Assembly: GCA_027078545.1 (NCBI GenBank)
Contig: JALWXN010000004.1
Coordinates: forward strand, 64,001 to 128,000
Direction: 5' to 3'
DNA: 64,000 nucleotides
DNA from: Nitrososphaeria archaeon
Lineage (GTDB): Archaea > Thermoproteota > Nitrososphaeria > Geothermarchaeales > JDFR-13
Below are positions 1-10,358 of the stretch, piece by piece. Within the stretch, counting starts at the first letter, position 1; each line of letters opens with the position of its first letter. Below the pieces are notes generated by a model. It saw only the letters and a list, made by a program, of their open reading frames with translations. It searched no databases and was not told the origin of the DNA. Position numbers and translations under genes: made by a program.

Positions 1-709
1 TATCCTCGTTATAGACGAGGAAACCCAGATAGTCATGCCTCAACAGAGATCTACGCCTGTCCACCTCCAAATAGACACGAACGTAGTTATTCTCGAAGGT
101 GGATAGGAGAGGCCTCGCCGAGAAGCCCATACGAACAGCCGCCAACACACCCTCCCTCACAAGTATACGGATAGCCAACTCGTGGCAGACATCATCCCTA
201 TAATAGGCAGAGCCATATATCCTCTCCACACCACCCTCGACAACCTCACATAAGGTCATAAGATCAGTGGCTGTGAACACCAGGAGGCCCCGCCTCCCAA
301 AGACCATAAGCCCCGAATGTAGATAGGGTAGAGGGGAGCCAAAGGGATCTATATCCACAATATCAATCTCCAGACCACCTAGAAGAGTTGGCAACGACCT
401 AGCATCACCCATATAGACCGAGGCACTACCAGCCAAACGGTTAAGAGATAGGTTCCGGATAACAGCTTCATAGGATCTGGGAGACGCGTCGACGAAATAT
501 CCATATCCAACAGGGGCCACCTCCAACAAATACCTGATCCCCCGGATACCCGTACCTGCATGCGAATCTAGAAAAGTAACGTCGTCACGCCCACTGTAGT
601 AAGTCTCTAGAAAGAGGACGGCCAGAGACCTATTTAGAGAGGCCCGAGGATTATAGAAGACACCCTCACTAACCTCTATCTCAGCCAGCCCCTCTCTTAC
701 CCTCTGCAT
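1..709 (-). CDS. trm1: tRNA (guanine26-N2)-dimethyltransferase Trm1, 3'-truncated by window edge
   Basis: Manual translation from ATG at 709: MQRVREGLAEIEVSEGVFYNPRASLNRSL...LDSHAGTGIRGIRY...DIVDIDPFGSP...TATD, Trm1 motifs; not in ORF track because it runs off the edge. Confidence 0.92.
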   Translation of the reverse strand, partial: MQRVREGLAEIEVSEGVFYNPRASLNRSLAVLFLETYYSGRDDVTFLDSHAGTGIRGIRYLLEVAPVGYGYFVDASPRSYEAVIRNLSLNRLAGSASVYMGDARSLPTLLGGLEIDIVDIDPFGSPLPYLHSGLMVFGRRGLLVFTATDLMTLCEVVEGGVERIYGSAYYRDDVCHELAIRILVREGVLAAVRMGFSARPLLSTFENNYVRVYLEVDRRRSLLRHDYLGFLVYNED

Positions 710-766
710 AGCTTCTCAAACCCATTAACAGCTTATTACCAGAACGGCCCAATAGAGTTTTACACC

Positions 767-1312
767 ATGATAAAAATATTTCTGACGGGAGACCCGGGAG
801 TAGGGAAAACCACATGCGTCTCCAGGATATACGAGACCCTAACCGCCTATGGCTACAAAACCTGTGGATTCATATCAAAAGAGATCAGGGAGGGTGGTGT
901 AAGGAAAGGCTTCGAACTAATATCGCTGCCCGACGGTAAGAGAGAGATACTGGCCCACGTCGAGATAGATAGCCCAGTAAAGATTGGAAAGTATAGGGTT
1001 AACATAGCAGGGTTCGAGAGATTCCTAGACGAGATTATGGGTCAGGAGGACTGCGACCTATACATCATAGACGAGGTAGGCCCCATGGAGATAGCATCAA
1101 ACAAATTCCTCCGCTACATAGAGACTATCCTAGAGAGGGATGAGCCAGCAGTAATAACTATCCACGTCACACTCTCCAAACAACTCGGGAAGAGGTTCAA
1201 GACCAGCAAGCCAAACATACTCTACAGGATAACAAGAGAGAACAGGGACAGCATGCCCCTAATCATATGGAGAGACCTAAACAGATACCTAGCCAAGAAG
1301 AAGGAGAGATGA
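767..1312 (+). CDS. Nucleoside-triphosphatase (THEP1/COG1618 family)
   Basis: KIFLTGDPGVGKTT Walker A, IIDEVGPMEI motif. Confidence 0.9.
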   Translation: MIKIFLTGDPGVGKTTCVSRIYETLTAYGYKTCGFISKEIREGGVRKGFELISLPDGKREILAHVEIDSPVKIGKYRVNIAGFERFLDEIMGQEDCDLYIIDEVGPMEIASNKFLRYIETILERDEPAVITIHVTLSKQLGKRFKTSKPNILYRITRENRDSMPLIIWRDLNRYLAKKKER

Positions 1313-1980
1313 TCCACATAGGAGTAGATGAAGCGGGTAGAGGGGCTGTTATAGGCCCCCTAGTAATAGCCCTAGCAACATTTAAAGACAAGAAGCTGGA
1401 GACACTATCCACATTAGTAACGAAAGACTCAAAGGGATACACACGAAGGAGGAGAGAGGAGCTATACGAACACATAGTGGCAAGCGCCGACTATATATCC
1501 ACGAGGATGCTATTACCCAGCGAGCTTAACCAGCTAATGTGTAGAGGCATAAGCTTAAACATAATAGAGCTAAGAATCGTCAGTGAGCTGATAAAGGGAG
1601 CACTGGAGAGGACAGGTGGGAACGCCACAGCCTACATAGACTCGATGACCACAAGGGAGATACAGTGTAAAACATTCATCCTCTCCAGGATATCTAGGAG
1701 CGGCGTGAAGATCATCTGTGAACATGGAGCCGACGCCAAGTACCCAGTTGTAAGAGCCGCAAGCATCATAGCCAAGGTGATACGCGACAGAGCCATAGAC
1801 ACACTGGAGGAGAGATATGGAGACCTAGGGAGTGGATACCCATCAGACCCAAGAACCATAGAAGCATTGAAGAGACTGGCCCAGGAACTGGATAAGGAGG
1901 AACTTGGAAGTATTGTCAGGTTAAAGTGGAAAACTGTTAAAAGGATTATTGGAGAATGGGGATGTGGCTCAGAAGAATAA
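1309..1980 (+). CDS. rnhB: Ribonuclease HII
   Basis: GVDEAGRGAVIGP, DSK, AASIIAKV, GSGYPSDP; start set at ATG 1309 overlapping upstream stop (ATGA). Confidence 0.95.
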   Translation: MIHIGVDEAGRGAVIGPLVIALATFKDKKLETLSTLVTKDSKGYTRRRREELYEHIVASADYISTRMLLPSELNQLMCRGISLNIIELRIVSELIKGALERTGGNATAYIDSMTTREIQCKTFILSRISRSGVKIICEHGADAKYPVVRAASIIAKVIRDRAIDTLEERYGDLGSGYPSDPRTIEALKRLAQELDKEELGSIVRLKWKTVKRIIGEWGCGSEE

Positions 1981-2615
1981 TTGGGGGCAGGGGAAACGAT
2001 ATCTACACTATACTACATCAACACCTCCAGCTATCCATAGAAGCACTACACCACCTAATCTCACTCATGGAGAATGAGGACTATACAGCAGTGGAAAAGA
2101 TAGAGCAGATAGAGAAGAGATGTGACAAACTGGCATACAAAGCCACACGCCTAGCCGTAGAAGGCGCACTCCCAATACTGGCGCTGCACAGCATAATCAG
2201 GATGATAGACGACATAGATGCGATCACCGACAAGATACTCTTCCTAGCCCGAGAGATAACCAGATACACTAGACACGTTGGAAGGATAGAGAAGGAGCTG
2301 ATAGAGGGACTCATAGAGAACGCGGGACACACGGTGAAGATACTCGAATCACTAGCCCAGCTACTACACGGGGCGGCTAACAACGCAACCTACGAAGAAC
2401 TCCTAAGGATGAGGGACACCATAGAAGAGGAGGAGGAGTCTGGAGACGAGTATAAAGACAAGATTCTGAACCTACTCTACACCCTCCACAGAGACGTATC
2501 TGGGCGGGAATTCATAATCCTGAGACAATTGATACTAACTCTCGACGATGTCGAGGACCTCTCCGAGGACGTGGCCAACCAGCTAATCATAATAAAATCA
2601 GTCCTCGAGATGTAG
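1956..2615 (+). CDS. DUF47 / PhoU-like phosphate transport regulator
   Basis: Helical repeat with E..CD and D.IDAITD / DDVEDLSEDV motifs; precedes PiT-like gene. Confidence 0.8.
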   Translation: MGMWLRRIIGGRGNDIYTILHQHLQLSIEALHHLISLMENEDYTAVEKIEQIEKRCDKLAYKATRLAVEGALPILALHSIIRMIDDIDAITDKILFLAREITRYTRHVGRIEKELIEGLIENAGHTVKILESLAQLLHGAANNATYEELLRMRDTIEEEEESGDEYKDKILNLLYTLHRDVSGREFIILRQLILTLDDVEDLSEDVANQLIIIKSVLEM

Positions 2616-2618
2616 AGG

Positions 2619-3527
2619 GTGGATAAGCCAGTGTATACAGAGCCCTTAATAGCCCTCTCAATACTACTGATAACAGCCAACAATATGGGGATCGTCAAGG
2701 ACTACCTGAAGCTCTCAGGAGTACTACCAAGGAAATACGCTGGACACATAGTTATCATACCCGTGATGACAGGGCTACTCCTAGAGGGCTCCAAACTAAC
2801 GGAGTATGGATATAGACTCGGGCTGGACATAGAGACGAGGGTAATCCTAATAACCATAATAGCCTCGATATTCGCACTGGGCACCATACTCAGGATACCC
2901 ACATCAGCCACACTGATAACCGTCGGCGCCACCATGGGAATAATAGCCTATTACAACCTACCAATAGACACCCAATACCTAACCAACATATTCGCCGGAT
3001 GGATTATCGGGGGCGTAGGAGCCATAGTCCTGGCCTACCTCCTCTACAGAAGCTCAGCCATGATACCTGGATATATAGCTAGGAGGATAGCCGTCATACC
3101 CACCTTACTAGTAGGCTACGTATTCGGGGCCAACACCCTAGGGCTAATAGCGTATCTAGACCCTGAGATAGCCCCTACAGACCTCCTGATCTACATATCC
3201 GCAATAGTCATCGGGGTATGGATACCCCTGGGAAGGGTTGGAGAGGAGGTCTCAAAACTACTGTATGGATACACGGTGAAGACCTACCTATCCATCCTCG
3301 CAGGGACATCCCTCATAATAGAGGCGGCCCACAACGCAGCGATACCCATGCCCCTATCAAGCCTCCTCACACTATCGTCCCTAGGCCCAATACTCGGGAG
3401 GGAGACGATCATGGTAAACACCAGCCACATAACGAAGAGCATAATCTTCTGGATCTCGACAGTTATAGCGACACCGATCCTCGTATACACAGGCCTGATA
3501 ATCCTCAACCAGATATTCTCTTCCTAG
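2619..3527 (+). CDS. Inorganic phosphate transporter (PiT family), divergent
   Basis: Multi-TM; degenerate signature motifs TANNMG and GANTLG; IPTS/PLS motifs; paired with DUF47. Confidence 0.7.
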   Translation: MDKPVYTEPLIALSILLITANNMGIVKDYLKLSGVLPRKYAGHIVIIPVMTGLLLEGSKLTEYGYRLGLDIETRVILITIIASIFALGTILRIPTSATLITVGATMGIIAYYNLPIDTQYLTNIFAGWIIGGVGAIVLAYLLYRSSAMIPGYIARRIAVIPTLLVGYVFGANTLGLIAYLDPEIAPTDLLIYISAIVIGVWIPLGRVGEEVSKLLYGYTVKTYLSILAGTSLIIEAAHNAAIPMPLSSLLTLSSLGPILGRETIMVNTSHITKSIIFWISTVIATPILVYTGLIILNQIFSS

Positions 3528-6081
3528 TAAGGATGCCGAACACTATGCCCATCAGCAATGCCGGTACCAGCCATACGAGATATGTACCGATGAGATCCTC
3601 CCTAACCCTGATCGAGAGATCAAGCTCTGCCACATCAGTTACCTCCTCGTCGACAAAGTTGTAGACATACTCCACCTCACCAACCCTGTAGATCCCCGGC
3701 CTCACACCCTTCACAGCAATAGCTACACTCCTAGGGACATCACCCACGACTATATAGCCATCAACCGTCTCGTTCACCAGCTCCAGACCCTCTGGAAGAT
3801 CGATCCTCATCCTGAGATCACTATATACAGAGCTATTGTCAACCTCTAGAACTAGCTTCACAACACCTTCCTCCCCACTCCCCAGAACCACCTCAGGCTC
3901 CGCCACCGTCACCTCTATCCCGTTGAACACCTTGACAGGAGCCAGCTCCACATCGCTAAACTGGTTCTTACCTAGGAATGTATATGTAAACCTTGCCGCG
4001 GGCAGCTCAAAGTCGCCAATAGTAAACACTGTAAGATTTACAGTCACCACCTCCTCACTGGTAGGCGGGACCTCGGCAGCGGCATATTCATCAGGGAGGA
4101 GAGACGCATCCTCAACAAGCTCACTCCAAGCCATGGAAAGATTGAAGATTGGGATAGGCCCCTTGTTGGAGACTACGATATCGAATGTATAGCTCCTATC
4201 CTTAATGATAAACTCACGATAACCTCTAACATCGAAGGATAGGACATTCTCGAAGTAGTTGAGCTCCGTCACATATAGAAGTATATCCCCTAGAACAACC
4301 CTAGCCTGGGGAGCCAGCGATATTATCGACTCGGGATAGGTGACGTTGAGCGTAACCGTATATATCTCTTCAGGGCCTATGATCTCAGGAGTGAATACAT
4401 AGTAGACATCCTCAAGAACATAGTCATCACTCACATTAACCAACTGGCCTCCAAACAGCCTAAGCAGTATCTTGAGATTTGAGACCGGCTCAGGACCATC
4501 ATTCCTGATGGAGACCTCATAAGTGGCTAGTGTATCATTGACCTTCTTCTGACTCATCTCCACATTAATTATAGCGAGTCTATAGGCCGTCAACTCAGGC
4601 TGATATTCAATAGCCATAGATGATACGTTGAACCTCTCACCCTCGAAGACATACTCAGCCTCTACAACCAGCTCCTTAACAATCTCCCCATCACCAAACA
4701 GGACTAGGGACTCGTTAATCCTAACATCCTCCCCAGGATCGAGGGTGCCCAAGACAAACCCTGCGAAGATAACGTTGCTAGCTGGAGCCTCTCCATTATT
4801 ACTAATCCTAGCGATGTAGTTAAGCTTTCCACCGAGATTTAAGTTGGAATCCCCTCTTATCTCCAACCCCATATCGATAATAGGGGCCTCCTTGTTCAGA
4901 TGTATCACATTACTGTTGGACTTGATCAACAGGGTCTTACCACCTAGAAACTCCAGAGTTGCTATGGCTGGTGGGACATTAACCACCGATTCCTCGGTAG
5001 ACGTGATATTTACCACATACCTGATTAGTTCGCTACCACCAGCTCCGAGCGCATCTATAGTGACATTTGGCTCACCATCTATTAGGACACCTATACCAGA
5101 CCACCAACTCGGCTCGGATACCGATATGTTTACCAAGGTAGATCCGAAGCTAGGTATAGACGCGTTAAGAACAACCTCCACGACTGTCCCGGCAGAGAAA
5201 CTAGTCACATTGAAACTTCTGTGGAGAAGTAGGATCGGTGTCGAGACAAACATGTTTATCCTGAAGGCTGTTGGGTTCTTGATAGACTTAGCATCACCTA
5301 TGTCGAATACATAAGTATCCGACTCGGGGTCATAGGTGTAACTTACATTTTCAGGAATATCGGCGACATATGTCTTAAGGATGGATAGTCTGAGATAGGA
5401 TGACACCCCCTCTGTCTCCTTATAGGGAGCGGCAGTTGATAGGAGACCAGAGAGTCTCCATGTATTCTCACTAAAGGCTACGGTCCTAAAGACGAACTCC
5501 CTATAAATGGTTTCCCCATTATCCTCTACAGTCATAACCATACCCAACGCATCGGCCGAGAGAGCTAGTGCCAAGGGGTCGAGCCAATCTAAGAACGGAG
5601 TATAATTCCCCTCCTCCAGTAGGTTTTGGAAGAAGCTTAACATGATGTTCCTATCAGCATATCCAACATACCTATCCCCAACAAGAACCAATTTAGTCAT
5701 AAAGATCCTCTCAAGCCGAGGCATTAAGGAGGACGCCAACCCAGGATTCTCGATGGATATATAGACATACGTGGTAGGGAACTCGAAGTAGTTCTTGAAG
5801 GACGTGTTAAGCTCTAGGAAATAAAGATATGCATCGTCCCAACTCCTAACGAAGAACATACCTATCTCTACACCAGCAAGATCCTCAGTGTCTAGAACAC
5901 TTCTAAGAGACTCTCCAAGCACCCTATAATTCCTTATCTCAAGCTCCGCATAGGCATACTTACCCATGACATATACATCCATGTACTCCTCAATATCGCC
6001 CTGAGACGCTACCAGCCTAACACCAGCACCCATCAATATCAAGAGCATGAGAAGGGCTACGACAAAATAACTCCTCGTCAT
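3505..6081 (-). CDS. Large secreted, C-terminally membrane-anchored protein with repeated Ig-like (BatD/CARDB-like) domains
   Basis: N-terminal signal peptide; repeated 'I.N.G..PA.NV' beta motifs; C-terminal TM plus basic tail RKRISG. Confidence 0.7.
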   Translation of the reverse strand: MTRSYFVVALLMLLILMGAGVRLVASQGDIEEYMDVYVMGKYAYAELEIRNYRVLGESLRSVLDTEDLAGVEIGMFFVRSWDDAYLYFLELNTSFKNYFEFPTTYVYISIENPGLASSLMPRLERIFMTKLVLVGDRYVGYADRNIMLSFFQNLLEEGNYTPFLDWLDPLALALSADALGMVMTVEDNGETIYREFVFRTVAFSENTWRLSGLLSTAAPYKETEGVSSYLRLSILKTYVADIPENVSYTYDPESDTYVFDIGDAKSIKNPTAFRINMFVSTPILLLHRSFNVTSFSAGTVVEVVLNASIPSFGSTLVNISVSEPSWWSGIGVLIDGEPNVTIDALGAGGSELIRYVVNITSTEESVVNVPPAIATLEFLGGKTLLIKSNSNVIHLNKEAPIIDMGLEIRGDSNLNLGGKLNYIARISNNGEAPASNVIFAGFVLGTLDPGEDVRINESLVLFGDGEIVKELVVEAEYVFEGERFNVSSMAIEYQPELTAYRLAIINVEMSQKKVNDTLATYEVSIRNDGPEPVSNLKILLRLFGGQLVNVSDDYVLEDVYYVFTPEIIGPEEIYTVTLNVTYPESIISLAPQARVVLGDILLYVTELNYFENVLSFDVRGYREFIIKDRSYTFDIVVSNKGPIPIFNLSMAWSELVEDASLLPDEYAAAEVPPTSEEVVTVNLTVFTIGDFELPAARFTYTFLGKNQFSDVELAPVKVFNGIEVTVAEPEVVLGSGEEGVVKLVLEVDNSSVYSDLRMRIDLPEGLELVNETVDGYIVVGDVPRSVAIAVKGVRPGIYRVGEVEYVYNFVDEEVTDVAELDLSIRVREDLIGTYLVWLVPALLMGIVFGILTRKRISG

Positions 6082-6152
6082 CGCCTAAGCACCGTCTGGC
6101 CCTGCGTTGATTTGGTATAATATTTTCGGAGGAGAGGATATATAAAGAGGGA

Positions 6153-7142
6153 TCAGTCCTCCGGATCAGTCACACCCTTCTCCGTAATGGCGAAGACAGC
6201 CTCACCAGGCGGGTGTTCAGGACTATCTATTATCGAGGCGATCCTCAGATTCGGCCTCTTAGACTTCTTCAGATAAATCCTATACGTCACGGCATGGGCT
6301 ACGACGTGCCCCCCGATAGGCTTGGTGGGATCTCCAAAGATGACGTCTGGCCTCTCCTGAACCTGATTAGTAATAACGACCGCCACATCATAGACCTCCG
6401 CAATCCTGACCAGATCATGCATAAACCTATTTAGAAGCTGCTGCCTCTCACTCAGCCTACCCCTACCTAGATACTCAGCTCTAAAAGGCCCTACAGCACT
6501 ATCTATCGCTATAAAGCCAACATCATACTTCTTGATAAGCTCCGGAAGTTTCTTAACCATGTTGAGAAGGATCACCGTGTTGTAGGGAGTACCCACTATT
6601 ATCCTCTTCAACACTTCGTTCGGATCCAGTCCACGGTGATAGGCGATCTCCGTTATACGGTCGGGGCTAAACGTATTCTCAGTATCGATGTATATAGCAC
6701 CCTTACCAAGCCCACCCTGCTCCTCCGGCAGCTGGACGTTCACAGCGAGGGTGTGGCATATCTGGGTCTTACCACTGCCAAACTCACCATAGAATTCTGT
6801 GACAGCCTGTGTAGCTATGCCACCCTTCAACAGCTCATCCAGGTTGTGGGATCCCGTGGTTATATATTTACGGGCCTTCCTCCGCTCCATAATGTCCGAG
6901 GCAGAGGCGAAGTCTGGCGGAGCTAGACCCAGATCCTTAAGCCTCTCATAAGCCTGGAGAACCAGCTTCTCCGCACGCTCAACAGGAATCCCCGTCAACT
7001 CCGATATGTATATGGGGGAGTAGAGCATCAGATCCTGGATAGTATTTATACCGGCCTCCCTAAGCTTCTTAGCCGTTACATCACCTACTCCCTTAAGACT
7101 AGAGACATCCAACATCTCATCAAACTCGATCTCGCCAGTCAT
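6153..7142 (-). CDS. radA: DNA repair and recombination protein RadA
   Basis: N-terminal HhH, GEFGSGKTQ, YIDTENTF, GRGRLSERQQ, VITNQV. Confidence 0.97.
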   Translation of the reverse strand: MTGEIEFDEMLDVSSLKGVGDVTAKKLREAGINTIQDLMLYSPIYISELTGIPVERAEKLVLQAYERLKDLGLAPPDFASASDIMERRKARKYITTGSHNLDELLKGGIATQAVTEFYGEFGSGKTQICHTLAVNVQLPEEQGGLGKGAIYIDTENTFSPDRITEIAYHRGLDPNEVLKRIIVGTPYNTVILLNMVKKLPELIKKYDVGFIAIDSAVGPFRAEYLGRGRLSERQQLLNRFMHDLVRIAEVYDVAVVITNQVQERPDVIFGDPTKPIGGHVVAHAVTYRIYLKKSKRPNLRIASIIDSPEHPPGEAVFAITEKGVTDPED

Positions 7143-7196
7143 CCCAATCCCAGTATAATGTCTATTAGATGAAATAAATGGGGTAGATCAGTGAAA

Positions 7197-8504
7197 CTAT
7201 GGATAAAGCCTGCTTGGGGTCCGTGGAAAGAGTGTGGCATCCCTAACATGGGGCAGCTTCAAGAGCCATCTAAGCAGCCTCTCAACACCCAAGCCAAAGC
7301 CTGAGTGGGGAGGCATCCCAAACCTTCTAAGATCTAGATACCACCCATAATCCTCAGGATCCAGTCCAAACTCAATGATCTTACGCCTAAGAGCCTCGTA
7401 CTCATGGATCCTCTGACCCCCAGAAGTAATTTCTCCATAGCCCTCAGGAGCCATTAGATCAGATGATAGGGTTACCTCGGGTCTAGATGGATCATTCATA
7501 TGATAGAAGCTCCTAGTTAATACGGGGAACCCTGTTACAAAGAAGGGGGTCTCAAACTCCATGCTTAGTACACGCTCCTCATCAGCCCCGAAGTCGTCAC
7601 CCCAGCTAATCTCAACACCCTTGGAGTTGAGAATCTCAATCGCCTCGTCATAAGTTATCCTTGGGAAACGATCGTCATAGACGGGTAGTGGGGACCCCCT
7701 CACAGCCCTAATCTCCTCCTCATAATTCTCAGATAGGAATCTGATGATATGCTTCACCAACTCCTCCTCCACATCCATTATATCATCATGCTCCATGAAG
7801 GCGGCCTCCGCCTCTATATGGAGGAACTCGGTAAGATGCTTCCTAGTCCTAGACTTCTCCGCCCTGAAACTAGGCTGTATAACAAATACCCTCTCAAACA
7901 CACAGATGGCTGCCTCCTCATAGAACTGACTACTCTGGGTGAGATACGCCTCCCTATCGAAATATTTGAGCTTGAATAGCGTAGCACCACCCTCCACAGC
8001 CGCCGTTATAAAGGTGGGCGCGGTTATAAACACGAAATGATTCTCGGTGAAATACTGGAAGGCGGCCCTGACAACACCGTCCCTAATAGCCATAACGGCC
8101 CTACTCTTAGGCCCCCTAATCGTAAGATGCCTCATGTCAAACATGGCTTCAGGCGATTTAGCAACATCCTTGGTTATAGGCCATACATCGGATGGAGCTA
8201 TGACCTCCACTCTATCTACATGTACCTCCGCACCTCTAGGAGCCCTCTCATCCCTCTTAACAATCCCCTCTACATAGACTGCAGACTCAAGATTTAGGCG
8301 CGAGGCTGTGTCAAAAGCCTCTGGCGACCTGGCCTTACTAACCACTAGCTGGATATATCCATACCTATCCCTTAGGGAGAGGAACGCCTTATCCCTATGA
8401 ACCCTCTTGGAGGCTATCCAGCCTAATAACCTAACCGTAGAGCCCTCCTCGAGCCTAGGCACATCCCTCGTAAATGCGTTACGCATTGAGAGAAATCTAC
8501 TCAT
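7197..8504 (-). CDS. asnS: Asparagine--tRNA ligase
   Basis: OB anticodon domain; YLTQSSQ, FRAEKSRTRKHLTEF, PHSGFGLGVER class IIb motifs. Confidence 0.85.
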   Translation of the reverse strand: MSRFLSMRNAFTRDVPRLEEGSTVRLLGWIASKRVHRDKAFLSLRDRYGYIQLVVSKARSPEAFDTASRLNLESAVYVEGIVKRDERAPRGAEVHVDRVEVIAPSDVWPITKDVAKSPEAMFDMRHLTIRGPKSRAVMAIRDGVVRAAFQYFTENHFVFITAPTFITAAVEGGATLFKLKYFDREAYLTQSSQFYEEAAICVFERVFVIQPSFRAEKSRTRKHLTEFLHIEAEAAFMEHDDIMDVEEELVKHIIRFLSENYEEEIRAVRGSPLPVYDDRFPRITYDEAIEILNSKGVEISWGDDFGADEERVLSMEFETPFFVTGFPVLTRSFYHMNDPSRPEVTLSSDLMAPEGYGEITSGGQRIHEYEALRRKIIEFGLDPEDYGWYLDLRRFGMPPHSGFGLGVERLLRWLLKLPHVRDATLFPRTPSRLYP

Positions 8505-8510
8505 AGTAAA

Positions 8511-9641
8511 TCAAATTGAGACAGTCTCGATTAAAGCGTTTATAGCACCCTCGATACCACCAGTCTCTAAAGCCACATCCCGTATATCCAAGACCCTAGA
8601 TACATACTCATCCACGTTGTTGACCAGATCAACAACCATCCCTACAACATGATCAGGGTCTAGCGAGAGGGTCTGGTAGGGGACAAGCCTACCTATACCT
8701 AGCCTCTCTACTGAGAGACCATTATTCTCCTGCTCGGTCTGTCTTGGAGCAGGGGAGACTAGCATGGGTACACCCGACATTATAGACTCTAAGATAGCAG
8801 TCTGTCCACCCCTCAGAAAGACGGCCCTACTCCTCCTAATATATTCCAACGCGTCTGGAACCCAACCCAACATCCTCACTCCATCATAGGCCCCCTTCAA
8901 CCTACTATCCCCGATCACTACAATATTGAGACCCCTACTCCTCAACCGCTTCACCAATCTCAGGATTGAGACCATATATCTAACCCTATCCCCTGAAGGA
9001 GCGCTAACTACTATAGTCAGATCTATGTCCCTCTGGCCAATAGGCACGACACTATACCTGGTTAGGTCGTCAAGGAGCCCCGTAAACACTACACGCTCCC
9101 TAAACATGTGTAGGAAGGGCACTATTGTCCCGTATGATATAGTGTAGGGAGGGGGGAGATCAGTGACTAATATTTTTTCGGCCAAGCCCCATATCTTATT
9201 AAACAATTTCGATACGATACGCCTCGACATCCAGTTAAGAGTGAAGATGGATAGCTGATTCGTTATCAAGACACTGGGGACGCCGAGGTATGACGAGGCT
9301 ACCAAGGTAGATGGGCGGGAATCCGAGATAACCAGATCGGGTGAGAACTCCTTGATACACTCCACCTCCTCCACAATCCTCTTTACAGCCAGTCTACCAC
9401 TGAAGAGGGAATAGACAATAGTAGCGCCCCAGTCCAGCCCCTTATCACTCCATGCATAGTCATAACCATATACCTGATGTACCCTCTCCTCCCCCAGATA
9501 CTTCCTAAGCACCTCCACCCCGTCTCCATAGGAAGATGTTAAGACGTCGATACCCAGATCGAGGAGCCGTCTAGCGAGGCGGGACGACCTCATCGCATGA
9601 CCTCTACCAACACCACTCACACCTATGTAGACACGCTTCAT
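8511..9641 (-). CDS. GT-B glycosyltransferase (GT28/MJ1255-like)
   Basis: G.G.GHAMR N-terminus, PDLVISD, RGG...E....GVP.L..P...Q.EQ..N. Confidence 0.85.
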   Translation of the reverse strand: MKRVYIGVSGVGRGHAMRSSRLARRLLDLGIDVLTSSYGDGVEVLRKYLGEERVHQVYGYDYAWSDKGLDWGATIVYSLFSGRLAVKRIVEEVECIKEFSPDLVISDSRPSTLVASSYLGVPSVLITNQLSIFTLNWMSRRIVSKLFNKIWGLAEKILVTDLPPPYTISYGTIVPFLHMFRERVVFTGLLDDLTRYSVVPIGQRDIDLTIVVSAPSGDRVRYMVSILRLVKRLRSRGLNIVVIGDSRLKGAYDGVRMLGWVPDALEYIRRSRAVFLRGGQTAILESIMSGVPMLVSPAPRQTEQENNGLSVERLGIGRLVPYQTLSLDPDHVVGMVVDLVNNVDEYVSRVLDIRDVALETGGIEGAINALIETVSI

Positions 9642-10273
9642 ACCAACACCTTCTCCACGACCTTCCCCCTAGGCTCAACCTCCTCAAATACCTGGGCCTG
9701 GAAGACGTATATCCTAGCCTTTCTATCCAGCCATACATCGGGTGTAAGCCCAGCCTTCATAGCTAGATGAGAGAGATACTCCTCAGGCGACCAACCAAAC
9801 TCAACCGGGACCTGTGGAAGTAGGAGGGCTGAATAAGGCCCATATTCCAGGATCAACCCATCCCTACCTATCCTAATCATGGAGGGCAACTCCAAGGGAT
9901 TCCTTGGAGATAGGAGGCGGGGAGGGGTTAAGACCGACACTTCAAAGACAACATTATCCAGCTCATCCCTAGACATGGGCTCAAACCTGGGATCATTGAA
10001 GGCTGAGCTTAGAGCACTCTTAACCACGGCCTCACACAGGGGCATAGGTGCATCGACATATCCTATACAACCACGGAGCTCATGGGATGGATAGAGATAT
10101 ATAGAGGTGAAAACGCCCCTCTTAACCTTGAACCTCTCATAACTACAAGCCTCCTTATAAAGATCAGAACTCCTCAGATCCATACCATCAAAACTATACT
10201 CTACGGCCTGCCTAGCAAGGGCCACAAGCTTAGCTCCCTCCTCCAATGAATATCGAGTATCATCCCCACTCAT
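9638..10273 (-). CDS. AMMECR1-domain protein (AmmeMemoRadiSam protein A)
   Basis: GVFT, LRGCIG, AFNDPRF, EVSVLT, LLLPQV. Confidence 0.92.
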   Translation of the reverse strand: MSGDDTRYSLEEGAKLVALARQAVEYSFDGMDLRSSDLYKEACSYERFKVKRGVFTSIYLYPSHELRGCIGYVDAPMPLCEAVVKSALSSAFNDPRFEPMSRDELDNVVFEVSVLTPPRLLSPRNPLELPSMIRIGRDGLILEYGPYSALLLPQVPVEFGWSPEEYLSHLAMKAGLTPDVWLDRKARIYVFQAQVFEEVEPRGKVVEKVLV

Positions 10274-10358
10274 AGACCTACCCACACCCCTCCCACCACA
10301 CAAGATTGGATAACAATAGCTGGTTTAAACCTTGAGAGGCTGAATAGAGTCTAGTGAG

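Noticed and set aside
7141-7196. AGATGAAATAAATGGGGT upstream of radA, resembling an ORB with G-string
   Set aside because: Single degenerate copy in a 54-bp gap, without the TCCA half; more likely part of the radA promoter region
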